Of a DNA stretch of 64,000 nucleotides, positions 1 to 9,025 are shown one piece after another. The translations under genes and the position numbers were made by a program. Below the pieces are notes generated by a model. The model was not told the DNA's origin, did no database searches, and saw only the letters and a list, made by a program, of their open reading frames with translations. The stretch comes from an uncultured Flavobacteriales bacterium (GTDB lineage: Bacteria; Bacteroidota; Bacteroidia; Flavobacteriales_D; Parvicellaceae). Positions within the stretch are counted from its first letter, which is position 1. The number at the start of each line of letters is the position of its first letter. Location of the stretch: assembly GCA_963926405.1 (NCBI GenBank), contig CAWUXI010000019.1:3316-67315 (forward strand). The letters run 5' to 3'.

Positions 1-157
1 AGCATATAAAACCATAGGATTGCAGGCCTTTTCTAAAAAGAAAAGCTAGCAATGACCATAAAGGGAATTTAAAATGTGTAAAACCCATAATTTTCTTGAT
101 ATCTTTTAAAATAAAAAACACGGTACATCTTCTTCGATAGTTTACCTTTATTCGCTG

Positions 158-171
158 ATTGATAAATCAAT
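158..171. promoter_or_regulatory. Fur-box-like inverted repeat ATTGAT-AA-ATCAAT just upstream of the fur-like gene
   Basis: Perfect 6-2-6 inverted repeat containing TGATAAATCA. It ends 10 nt before ATG 182. It resembles the TGATAAT/ATTATCA core of classical Fur boxes. Confidence 0.35.
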
Positions 172-181
172 TTTTTCATAA

Positions 182-625
182 ATGAAAGAAGTAGAAGTAA
201 CGTTAACTGTTCAAGAAAAAGTAGAAGCAATTTTTTGCGATTACTTAGAAGAAAAAGGCCACAGGAAAACTCCCGAACGATTTGCGATACTAACTGAAAT
301 TTATGAATTTCCTGGTCATTTTGATATAGAAGATCTTTATATCAATATGAAAAATAAAAATTATAGAGTTAGCCGAGCTACACTTTATAATACAATGGAG
401 CTTCTTCTAAATTGTAGCTTGGTAAGAAAACATCAATTTGGGAAAAACATTTCCCACTTCGAAAAAGCTTTTGAGTTTAAACAGCATGACCACATCATTT
501 TAGGAAATGGCGAAGTAATAGAGTTTTGCGACCCAAGGATTCAACAAATTAAACAAACATTAGAAGATGTTTTCGATATTAAAATTGAAAACCACTCTCT
601 TTATTTTTATGCTAAACGTAAATAA
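182..625 (+). CDS. Fur-family metal-responsive transcriptional regulator
   Basis: 147 aa. It has a winged-helix segment ([13 protein letters not shown]...[13 protein letters not shown]) and a C-terminal segment with an HDH motif typical of the Fur/Zur/PerR family. It lies upstream of purA, as is common in Flavobacteriia. Confidence 0.8.
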   Translation: MKEVEVTLTVQEKVEAIFCDYLEEKGHRKTPERFAILTEIYEFPGHFDIEDLYINMKNKNYRVSRATLYNTMELLLNCSLVRKHQFGKNISHFEKAFEFKQHDHIILGNGEVIEFCDPRIQQIKQTLEDVFDIKIENHSLYFYAKRK

Positions 626-635
626 TCAAATTGAA

Positions 636-992
636 ATGGATACGTTCTCATTTACTATAGCAGAAGAAAACTCCATTATACTTTTAAAGTTAAGTGGCAG
701 AATTCTTGACAATGAACAAACCAGCAGACTATTATCGGAAATGGATAAGACTCTTTCGGATAAAATCAATAAAATTGTTTTAGACATACAAAACATAGAA
801 TACATTAATAGTAATGGATTGAATTGCTTTATTAAATTACTTACAAAAGCAAGGAATATGGGAGGAGATGCTGTGATTGTTAATGTTCCTGATAAAATAA
901 AAAAATTATTACTTATTTCTAAACTCAATACTGTATTCACTATTAAAGATAGTGTTGGGCAAGCAAATGAAATTTTAACTAACTCATTATAA
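636..992 (+). CDS. STAS-domain protein (anti-sigma-factor antagonist type)
   Basis: 118 aa from ATG 636. The track ORF start at 567 overlaps the end of fur. The pattern is SpoIIAA-like, with the candidate phospho-serine context IEYINSNGLN (compare DSSGL). Confidence 0.75.
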   Translation: MDTFSFTIAEENSIILLKLSGRILDNEQTSRLLSEMDKTLSDKINKIVLDIQNIEYINSNGLNCFIKLLTKARNMGGDAVIVNVPDKIKKLLLISKLNTVFTIKDSVGQANEILTNSL

Positions 993-1002
993 TAAAATTT
1001 AA

Positions 1003-2280
1003 ATGGCGGTAGATGTACTTTTAGGTCTTCAATGGGGAGACGAAGGAAAAGGAAAAATAGTTGATGTCCTTACTCCAGAATACGATATAATTGCGCGCTT
1101 TCAAGGTGGACCAAATGCTGGACACACACTTGAATTCGAAGGAATCAAACATGTTTTACATACCATTCCATCGGGAATATTCCATAAGGGGGTCAAAAAC
1201 GTTGTTGGAAACGGAGTGGTTATTGATCCAGTTATTTTAAAAATAGAAATCGACAAGCTCTTAAAAATGGGAGTTGATGTTAAAGAACAAATGCTTATTT
1301 CTAAAAAAGCGCACTTGATTCTTCCAACACATAAATTACTTGACAAAGCATCTGAAATGGCCAAAGGAAATGCGAAAATTGGATCGACTTTGAAAGGAAT
1401 TGGACCAACTTACATGGACAAAACGGGTCGTAACGGTTTAAGAATTGGAGATATATTTGAAGCAGATTTTCAAGAAAAATATTTAGCCCTTGTCAACAAG
1501 CACAAAAACATGTTAAACTTTTATGACATGGACTACAGCCTAGATGACATGGAAGTTGAATTCCACCAAGGAATAGAAACCATAAAAGGATTAACCGCTA
1601 TTGATAGCGAGCATTATTTAAATAACGCGATCAAAGCTGGGAAAAATATTTTGGCTGAAGGAGCACAAGGAACGATGCTTGATGTTGATTTCGGAACCTA
1701 CCCTTTTGTTACTTCTTCAAATACAATAACTGCTGGAACATGCACTGGTTTAGGAATTGCGCCAAATAAAATTAACCGTATTGTCGGTATTTTTAAAGCA
1801 TATTGTACGCGAGTTGGAAGTGGACCATTTCCAAGTGAAGAAGACAATGAAACTGGAGAAAGAATTAGAACGCTTGGATTTGAATTTGGCGCAACAACAG
1901 GCAGGAAAAGAAGATGTGGATGGATAGACCTTCCTGCATTAAAATACGCGATCATGATAAACGGAGTTACCGAATTATCAATGATGAAAGGAGACGTATT
2001 AGATTCTTTTGAATCGATTAAAGTTTGTACGCATTATATTCACAACGGTGACAAAATAGATTACTTCCCTTATAATATTGATGATAGTGTTGAACCAGTT
2101 TATATTGAAAAAAAAGGATGGAACGTTGACACAACCAAAATCACAAGTGAAGCTGAATTCCCTAAAGAATTAGTCGACTATATTGCTTATTTAGAAGGAG
2201 AATTAGAAACGCGAATTTCAATTGTTTCTGTTGGACCTGACAGAAGCCAAACAATTCAACGAGACAAAGTAATTGCTTAA
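1003..2280 (+). CDS. purA: adenylosuccinate synthase
   Basis: 425 aa. Canonical N-terminus GLQWGDEGKGKIVD (P-loop), plus the GIGPTY and GTTGRKRRCGW motifs. Confidence 0.97.
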   Translation: MAVDVLLGLQWGDEGKGKIVDVLTPEYDIIARFQGGPNAGHTLEFEGIKHVLHTIPSGIFHKGVKNVVGNGVVIDPVILKIEIDKLLKMGVDVKEQMLISKKAHLILPTHKLLDKASEMAKGNAKIGSTLKGIGPTYMDKTGRNGLRIGDIFEADFQEKYLALVNKHKNMLNFYDMDYSLDDMEVEFHQGIETIKGLTAIDSEHYLNNAIKAGKNILAEGAQGTMLDVDFGTYPFVTSSNTITAGTCTGLGIAPNKINRIVGIFKAYCTRVGSGPFPSEEDNETGERIRTLGFEFGATTGRKRRCGWIDLPALKYAIMINGVTELSMMKGDVLDSFESIKVCTHYIHNGDKIDYFPYNIDDSVEPVYIEKKGWNVDTTKITSEAEFPKELVDYIAYLEGELETRISIVSVGPDRSQTIQRDKVIA

Positions 2281-2303
2281 AGCCATACACAAATTTCATA
2301 AAA

Positions 2304-2338
2304 AAGGACGCTGAGTAATTTCAGAGTCCTTTTTTTTA
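2304..2338 (+). terminator. Rho-independent terminator after purA
   Basis: AAGGACGCTGA (2304-2314) pairs with TCAGAGTCCTT (2321-2331) with one mismatch. The loop is 6 nt and is followed by a T-run (2330-2337). Confidence 0.75.
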
Positions 2339-2428
2339 TTGCCCTCCGAAGCTCTTATCAGATACACCAAAAATTGTAACTTTACATACTAAAGAGAAGG
2401 ATTAAGCGTTTTTCGACTTTAAATATAA

Positions 2429-3937
2429 TTGAAACATATTCTTTACATAGCATTAACTCTGTTTACCATGGGTAATCTTGCTGCTCAAAATGAAAGCAGT
2501 AAAACACAGGTAATCATTAAACAAGCGGATAGACTATACAGAGATAATAGAGTATCGGATGCTCAAGTGTTACAGGGAAACGTAATTTTTGAACATGATG
2601 GAGCTTTAATGTATTGTGATAGCGCTCTTATTTTTCAAGAAAATAATTCATTAGAAGCTTATGGAAACATCATAGTTAATCAAGGAGATACTATCTCAAT
2701 AACAGGCGATTCACTGTTCTATTTAGGTGATGAAAAACTAGCGAAGCTAAGAGGCAATATCTTTTTTAAAGAAAAAGATTTAAAACTAACGACAAAAATC
2801 TTGAATTACGATTTGAATTCTGGAGTTGCTACATACCGATCTGGAGGAACAATAGTAAGCACTGAGAATAACAACAAACTTTCTAGCAACACAGGAACAT
2901 ACAACAGTAAAAGGGAAACTCTTTTTTTTAAGGATAGTGTCCGTCTAATAAATCCTGAATACACAATAGAATCAGACACACTAACTTACAACACTCTTTC
3001 GGAAGTTTCCTACTTTCATGGACCTACATTTATTCGTTCTGATGAGAATCTTATTTATTGTGAGCATGGATGGTATGATACGCAAAATGAAATTTCTTCA
3101 TTTTGGAGCAATACGTATATTATTTCTAAAGAACAAAAACTACAAGGAGATAGTATTTTTTACGATCGAAATATTGGAATAGGAGAAGCTTATGGAAATG
3201 TACAAATTACAGATACAATTAATAATGTAATCATAAATGGAGATATAGCGATACATGATGAGAAAAATGATTCTTCATTAGTCACTGGTAATGCACTTTT
3301 CACCCAAATAGAAAACCTGGACACCTTATACTTGCATGCAGATACATTGACATTTAAAATTGATTCTGTAACTAAAAAACAATCTTTCAGAGGCTTTCGT
3401 AACGTTGCATTATTCAAAAAGAACCTTCAGGCTAGATGTGATTCAATTACTTACAATGAACAAGATTCATTAATGCACTTGTTTATTGATCCAATTATTT
3501 GGTCTGATGAAAACCAGCTTACCGGTGAGGCAATAACACTTAAAACTAGCGGAGGAAACATTAGCAATCTCTTTATTAATTTCGATGCGCTAATAGTATC
3601 CGAAGTTGACACAAGTAACTACAATCAAATAAAAGGTAAAACAATAACAGGTTATTTTAAAGACAACCAACTAGATAAAATTTTCGTAAACGGGAACGGT
3701 GAGACAATTTATTTCCTAGGAAATGAGGGAGAACTCAAAACAGACATGAACAGATCGATTTGCACCAACATTGAAATTAAATTAGACAGTAGCCAAATTC
3801 AAACTATTAAGTTTATTACTGATCCATCGTCTAATATATCCCCAATTTCAAGCTTATCAAAAGGGGATAAAAAATTAGAAGGGTTTATGTGGAAAATAAG
3901 CGACCGACCCAGGTCTAGAGAAGATTTATTGAAGTAA
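2429..3937 (+). CDS. periplasmic OstA/LptA-like repeat protein
   Basis: 502 aa with a TTG start and a signal peptide (...MGNLAAQ). It contains repeated beta-rich segments of OstA_N type (QGNVIFEHDGALMYCDSA, YGNVQITD). The assignment is by resemblance only. Confidence 0.6.
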   Translation: MKHILYIALTLFTMGNLAAQNESSKTQVIIKQADRLYRDNRVSDAQVLQGNVIFEHDGALMYCDSALIFQENNSLEAYGNIIVNQGDTISITGDSLFYLGDEKLAKLRGNIFFKEKDLKLTTKILNYDLNSGVATYRSGGTIVSTENNNKLSSNTGTYNSKRETLFFKDSVRLINPEYTIESDTLTYNTLSEVSYFHGPTFIRSDENLIYCEHGWYDTQNEISSFWSNTYIISKEQKLQGDSIFYDRNIGIGEAYGNVQITDTINNVIINGDIAIHDEKNDSSLVTGNALFTQIENLDTLYLHADTLTFKIDSVTKKQSFRGFRNVALFKKNLQARCDSITYNEQDSLMHLFIDPIIWSDENQLTGEAITLKTSGGNISNLFINFDALIVSEVDTSNYNQIKGKTITGYFKDNQLDKIFVNGNGETIYFLGNEGELKTDMNRSICTNIEIKLDSSQIQTIKFITDPSSNISPISSLSKGDKKLEGFMWKISDRPRSREDLLK

Positions 3938-3971
3938 TACTCTAGAAAAAGCAATTATAGATTCTTTATTT

Positions 3972-4454
3972 TTACACAAACTGGTTTAACCAAGTGTTTT
4001 TCAAAGCCTCTTTCCAAGAATTTTCAAATTCCTGTTTAGTCGCTACCAAACTGTTAAACACAATAGTTTCGCTTGTTATTTTATTCTCAAAAAGCAAACT
4101 TCCTAATTCAGAAAAATGAAATGATTTCAATTCATTTTCTTCTTGATAAAAAACTAACATTCGATCTGTTAGCTTGCCTTCAACTACCTCCTCCAACTCT
4201 TTAATCAGTCTCATTTGAGAATCCTGTGCTTTACCACACATAGCATCTTCATCACTAAATGCTGAAATAACGATAAAACGATTATTGTAAACATCTATAG
4301 AACCATTAACAGGTAAGTTATGGCTCTCCCATTGTCCAAGAAAAAAATCTCCAACCTCTTTTATTTGTTTTAAGTCACTATCAGTCAACTCTAAACTTGA
4401 TTGATACACCCATACTTTGGCATTATCTGGTTGAGATGCTAATTCTACTTTCAT
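3972..4454 (-). CDS. conserved hypothetical protein, last gene of the Fe-S oxidoreductase operon
   Basis: 160 aa. Its start is 7 nt downstream of the stop of the CCG-domain gene on the same strand. I recognise no motif. Confidence 0.55.
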   Translation of the reverse strand: MKVELASQPDNAKVWVYQSSLELTDSDLKQIKEVGDFFLGQWESHNLPVNGSIDVYNNRFIVISAFSDEDAMCGKAQDSQMRLIKELEEVVEGKLTDRMLVFYQEENELKSFHFSELGSLLFENKITSETIVFNSLVATKQEFENSWKEALKNTWLNQFV

Positions 4455-4460
4455 ATTATA

Positions 4461-5252
4461 TTATAAGTCCATAGCGTTAGCAATCATTTCAGCAACATCT
4501 AGTACTTCAACATCCTCTTCCTTATTGAAATGTTTAATCCCATCTGTCATCATTGTATTGCAAAATGGACAGCCAGTTGCGACAATATTTGCCTTTGTTT
4601 CCAATACATCTTCTGTACGCTTGACATTAACTTCTTTATCTCCTTTCTCTGCCTCCTTAAACATTTGGGCTCCTCCAGCTCCGCAACACAAACCTTTTGC
4701 TTTGCAGTTTTTCATTTCAACCAATTCAGCATCGAGTTTTTGCAAAACTTCTCTTGGCGCTTCATAAACATCATTCGCTCTTCCTAAATAGCAAGGGTCA
4801 TGGAAAGTGATTTTCTTTCCTTTAAAATATCCACCTGAAACAGAAAGTTTCCCTTCCTTCATTAATCCGTTTATCAGCTGTGTGTGATGAATTACTTCAT
4901 ACTTACCACCTAGCTCCGGATACTCGTTCTTAATTGTATTGAAACAGTGCGGACAAGCAGTTACAATTTTTTTAATCTCATAACCATTTAATACTTGAAT
5001 ATTCTGCATAGCAGCCATCATAAAAGCAAACTCATTTCCTGCTCTTTTCGCTGGATCCCCAGTGCAAGATTCTTCCGTTCCTAAAACAGCAAATTTTATT
5101 TGACAACCGTGCAATATTTTTATTACAGCTTTGGTGATTTTCTTAGCTCTATCATCAAAACTACCTGCGCAACCTACCCAAAACAATATGTCTGGCACTT
5201 CTCCTGCTGCCATCATTTCTGCTACTGTAGGCACTTTAATTTTTTCGCTCAT
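4461..5252 (-). CDS. (Fe-S)-binding protein with two CCG-type cysteine-rich domains (HdrD/GlpC/LutA-like)
   Basis: 263 aa. Cysteine clusters are VGCAGSF...ESCTGDP...CPHC and DPCYLGR...GLCCGAGG...TGCPFC. Confidence 0.85.
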   Translation of the reverse strand: MSEKIKVPTVAEMMAAGEVPDILFWVGCAGSFDDRAKKITKAVIKILHGCQIKFAVLGTEESCTGDPAKRAGNEFAFMMAAMQNIQVLNGYEIKKIVTACPHCFNTIKNEYPELGGKYEVIHHTQLINGLMKEGKLSVSGGYFKGKKITFHDPCYLGRANDVYEAPREVLQKLDAELVEMKNCKAKGLCCGAGGAQMFKEAEKGDKEVNVKRTEDVLETKANIVATGCPFCNTMMTDGIKHFNKEEDVEVLDVAEMIANAMDL

Positions 5253-5260
5253 TATCTAAT

Positions 5261-5318
5261 ATTGTATGAAGTATAAAGTAGTATGTATCTTGAAAATTAC
5301 ATACTACTTTATACAATT
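5261..5318. repeat. palindromic intergenic element, copy A
   Basis: Perfect 17-bp stem: GTATAAAGTAGTATGTA (5271-5287) pairs with TACATACTACTTTATAC (5298-5314), with a 10-nt loop. It shares exact motifs with copies B and C: GTATAAAGTA, ATACAATT (5311-5318) and ACTTAATAC (5320-5328). Confidence 0.8.
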
Positions 5319-5329
5319 TACTTAATACG

Positions 5330-6664
5330 TTAATCTTCCTCAGCCCATTTTAACCTATCCATTGGAGAGAATTGCCAAGGCGCTCCATTATTCTCAATAT
5401 TTGTTAGCATTGTAGCTAATTCGGAAGGAACTTTTGATTCTTCCATGACTAAATATCTTCTTAAATCAATAATAATAGTTAAGGGGTCTATGTTAACTGG
5501 ACAAGCTTGCACACATGCATTACATGACGTACATGCCCATAATTCTTCTTCGGTTATATAATCACCTAACAACGATTTACCATCAACAAAATCCTTTCCA
5601 TGTTTTCGAATATTTTTTCCAACTTCTTCCAGTCGATCTCTCGTATCCATTATGATTTTACGTGGAGAAAGTTTTTTACCGGTTTGACTTGCAGGACACA
5701 TTGAAGAACATCTACCACATTCTGTACAGGTATAAGCATCCATTAAACTTTTCCAAGTTAGGTCAGTCACATCCTTTGCACCAAACCTTTCTGGCGGACC
5801 AATTGGTTCTGAAGGAGCAGCATATGGATCTGCATTAGGATCAAACATCATTTCAACCTCTTTTTTAACAGAAGCCATATTTGTAAACTGTCCTTTATGT
5901 TTCAAATTCGAGTAATACACATTTGGAAACGCAAGTAGTACATGAAAATGCTTAGATATCGGCAAGTAATTCAAAAAGGTAAATACCATTATGATATGAC
6001 CCCACCAACCTATTCGCTCTATTACTTCTAAAGTACTGACATCGATCCCTCCAAAAACACTAGGTCCAATAATACTTGAAACAGCAAAACCATATGTATT
6101 TCCTGGTAAACCATCGGCATGCGAGCTCCCTAAATTCATTAATGCTTCATCGGCACCATTCATTGTGAGAATACAGAGCACCAAAACAATCTCCATGTAA
6201 AGAATAATATTACCATCTAACTTTGGCCATCCTGTCATTTCATCCATATGAAAACGGGGTATTTTCAATAAATTTCTTCTTGCTAAAAAGGCAAATGTTG
6301 CGATTAGAGCTAAGACTGATAGTACCTCAATAAAGCTGATTAGAAAAGTGTAAAACCCACCTAATGAACTAGCAAAAATTCTATGAGAACCAGAAATTCC
6401 ATCAACAAAAATTTCTATTAATTCTATTTGCGTTATAATAAAAGCCGCATAAATACAAAAGTGCAGTAAGGCTGGAATAGGTCGTTGAAACATTTTCTTT
6501 TGACCCAAAGCAACGAAAACCATTGTTTTCAATCGTTCTAGTTTATTATCAGAACGGTTAATATTTTTTCCTAATAAAATATTCTTTCGAATGCGCATTA
6601 CATTTATTCCAAATAATGCAGTTCCAACAACAATTAATACAATAAAAACAATACTTGCTACCAT
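5330..6664 (-). CDS. membrane-anchored 4Fe-4S dicluster protein (HdrE/NarI-like membrane domain fused to a ferredoxin domain)
   Basis: 444 aa. The N-terminal ~250 aa is polytopic and hydrophobic. It is followed by two CxxCxxCxxxCP motifs (CTECGRCSSMCP, CTSCNACVQACP). Confidence 0.85.
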   Translation of the reverse strand: MVASIVFIVLIVVGTALFGINVMRIRKNILLGKNINRSDNKLERLKTMVFVALGQKKMFQRPIPALLHFCIYAAFIITQIELIEIFVDGISGSHRIFASSLGGFYTFLISFIEVLSVLALIATFAFLARRNLLKIPRFHMDEMTGWPKLDGNIILYMEIVLVLCILTMNGADEALMNLGSSHADGLPGNTYGFAVSSIIGPSVFGGIDVSTLEVIERIGWWGHIIMVFTFLNYLPISKHFHVLLAFPNVYYSNLKHKGQFTNMASVKKEVEMMFDPNADPYAAPSEPIGPPERFGAKDVTDLTWKSLMDAYTCTECGRCSSMCPASQTGKKLSPRKIIMDTRDRLEEVGKNIRKHGKDFVDGKSLLGDYITEEELWACTSCNACVQACPVNIDPLTIIIDLRRYLVMEESKVPSELATMLTNIENNGAPWQFSPMDRLKWAEED

Positions 6665-6670
6665 GCTGAT

Positions 6671-7717
6671 TTATTTATCCATTCTACCTCTAAGCGTGTC
6701 TTTTACCCACTTCTTTACTATCTTTTCATCTTTCGAAGTTAAGAAACCTTTGTCCTTACCTCCAAATATAGCAAATTGAAGATACCTGTTTGGATGTTCC
6801 TGAATATTCTCAACCAACCTTCCCGCTTCTTCAATCATGATATTCATATTTTTGTACATCGTTGAATCCTTCATTAATTTAGTCAAAGTACCATCTCCAT
6901 TTTGAATTTCATCTAAAATAATAGTAACATTCTCCAATGCTGTTTTTGCATTATCAACAACTCCCTCTATATCAACTTGTCTTAAAGAGTCAGTAATATC
7001 ATTTACATTAGATACAATAGAAGTGATTTTCTCATTACTTTCTTTAAGGTTTCCAGTTATCGAATTCATATTCGTAAGTATCGAACTAATTTTAGATCTA
7101 CTGGCTGACATAGTTATCATCAAAGAGTCAAGTTCATTTGAAATACTTTCAAAATTTTCAATTGTTCTCTGTAATCCATCAAATGACTCATTCAAATTAT
7201 CCGTATTATTACTAAAAATAGATTGAATTACAGTTATCGCCGTATCCGCAGTTCCAACCAATTGATTCATTTTGATCATCAAGGGCTGAATTCTTTTATC
7301 TATTTCACCTTGCAAGCTTTCCTGTACTCCAACAGATAGAGTATCTCCAACATCATGAAAAATTATTTCCTGCGCTTTATAGTGTAATGTTATAAACCCT
7401 GTTCCTAGTAAATCAGCTTCTAACCTGGCTATAGACCCCAGTGGTATCTTAACTAAAGTATCTGTTATTTCAAATCTAACAATAACCTGAGTTGGATTTC
7501 CTGGATATAACCCGACTTCTGAGACTGAACCAACATTAACCCCGTTTAATGAAACCTTACTGCTATTTGTTAACCCGTCAGCCTTAGGGAAAATGGCATA
7601 ATATGATTGAGTATTATTCCACAACACCTCTCCTTTTAGAAAGAAAAACCCTAAAATTAATCCCGCAATTGCTATTGAAGCAACAACACCAACAATAAAT
7701 TCTTTTCTTATTTTCAT
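6671..7717 (-). CDS. MlaD/MCE-family protein
   Basis: It has an N-terminal TM anchor, an MCE-type segment (LNGVNVGSVSEVGL...VRFEI) and a long helical C-terminal part. ATG 7717 is preferred over TTG 7726. Confidence 0.75.
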   Translation of the reverse strand: MKIRKEFIVGVVASIAIAGLILGFFFLKGEVLWNNTQSYYAIFPKADGLTNSSKVSLNGVNVGSVSEVGLYPGNPTQVIVRFEITDTLVKIPLGSIARLEADLLGTGFITLHYKAQEIIFHDVGDTLSVGVQESLQGEIDKRIQPLMIKMNQLVGTADTAITVIQSIFSNNTDNLNESFDGLQRTIENFESISNELDSLMITMSASRSKISSILTNMNSITGNLKESNEKITSIVSNVNDITDSLRQVDIEGVVDNAKTALENVTIILDEIQNGDGTLTKLMKDSTMYKNMNIMIEEAGRLVENIQEHPNRYLQFAIFGGKDKGFLTSKDEKIVKKWVKDTLRGRMDK

Positions 7718-7730
7718 ATTAACCAATTTT

Positions 7731-7763
7731 CATATTCTTTATTTACAAAAAATAAAGAATATG
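7731..7763 (-). promoter_or_regulatory. intercistronic 14-bp stem-loop between the amidase and mlaD genes
   Basis: CATATTCTTTATTT (7731-7744) pairs perfectly with AAATAAAGAATATG (7750-7763), with a 5-nt loop. No U-run follows on either strand, so it is not a canonical terminator. Confidence 0.5.
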
Positions 7764-7776
7764 GTATAATGCACAA

Positions 7777-8943
7777 CTACATTTTACTTTTTTCAATTGC
7801 TTTTTGCAAATCTAATCTTTTTCCGTTTTCAAAAGCAATAACAAAGGCAGATTCGTAGCCAATCTTCCGTACTTCAGTCTGTCTGCTTTTCGCTTCTTCA
7901 ATTGAATTATATTTCCCTACAATATATTTAAACTTGTTACCACTTTCGATTCTATCTACATCTTTCATTCCGTTAAAATTAAATGATTTCAATTCAAGTT
8001 TGGTTTTAGAGGTTGCGATTTGAACGCTAAACACAATACTCTGCTTTTCTTCCGAAACATCCAAGTTCTGATTATTCTTTACATTAACAACTTTTACTTC
8101 TCCTTCTGAATCCGATTTAAGCGTTTCGTCAACCTTATCATTTTGCTCTTTATAGGTTTCAAATGCGTCAAACAACTCTTTAGCCATCGAACTTCTACCT
8201 TCCTTGCTAGCTAAAAATTTTTCCTCTTCTAAGTTAGATAAAAAACCAAGTTCAACCAACACTGAAGGCATAGTTGTTTTATATAAGACCAAAAAACCTG
8301 CTTGCTTAACACCTCTATCCGGTCTTTTTAAATCTCCAACGCAATTTTTCTGGAAAAGATGAGCCAATTTCAAGCTCTGATCTAAAAAAGCATTTTGACG
8401 AAGCGAAAGTGCTATGTAGGCATCTGGATCATTTGGATCGAAACTTTCATATTTTTGTTCATGGTCTTCCTCCATTAAAATCGAAGAGTTTTCCCATTTA
8501 GCAACCTCCAAAGCTGCTTCCGATTTGTGCAACCCTAAGACAAATGACTCAAAACCTTTTGCTGCTGTATTTTCTGCCGCATTTGAATGAATTGAAATAA
8601 ATAAATCAGCACCAGCTTCATTCGCTATTTTTGCTCTTTTACTCAATCCGATAAACACATCGGTTGAGCGTGTATAAACTACTTTAACCTTTGGAAATCT
8701 TGCGCTTATTAACTCCCCCAACTGCAGACTTACATCCAACACCACATCCTTTTCTTGTAATTTAGTTTTAGCAACCGCTCCAGGATCTTTACCGCCATGA
8801 CCAGGATCGATAACTACCGTTTTAATTCCTAAACCTGTTTGTGAATAGACCGTATTTGAAAACAGCAGCGCGATACTGATAAGAAACGTCAAAAAAATAC
8901 GTTTCTTCGCACAAGAATTATATAATAAGTTCGTTTTATCCAT
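7777..8943 (-). CDS. N-acetylmuramoyl-L-alanine amidase with C-terminal SPOR-like domain
   Basis: Amidase_3 signatures are present (VVIDPGHGGKDPGA, SIHSNA). The C-terminal ~80 aa resembles a SPOR domain. The start was moved to ATG 8943, where the signal peptide begins. The longer track ORF runs through the divergent promoter region. Confidence 0.85.
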   Translation of the reverse strand: MDKTNLLYNSCAKKRIFLTFLISIALLFSNTVYSQTGLGIKTVVIDPGHGGKDPGAVAKTKLQEKDVVLDVSLQLGELISARFPKVKVVYTRSTDVFIGLSKRAKIANEAGADLFISIHSNAAENTAAKGFESFVLGLHKSEAALEVAKWENSSILMEEDHEQKYESFDPNDPDAYIALSLRQNAFLDQSLKLAHLFQKNCVGDLKRPDRGVKQAGFLVLYKTTMPSVLVELGFLSNLEEEKFLASKEGRSSMAKELFDAFETYKEQNDKVDETLKSDSEGEVKVVNVKNNQNLDVSEEKQSIVFSVQIATSKTKLELKSFNFNGMKDVDRIESGNKFKYIVGKYNSIEEAKSRQTEVRKIGYESAFVIAFENGKRLDLQKAIEKSKM

Positions 8944-8988
8944 TATTCTGATTTTGTACGCATCGAAAACAATACAAAACACCAACTT

Positions 8989-8996
8989 CAAATGTA
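8989..8996 (-). promoter_or_regulatory. -7 promoter box TACATTTG for the amidase gene
   Basis: Perfect TAnnTTTG on the minus strand, 45 nt upstream of ATG 8943. Confidence 0.5.
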
Positions 8997-9025
8997 GCTT
9001 CAAACTGCCTAAGATTGTTTGTGCT

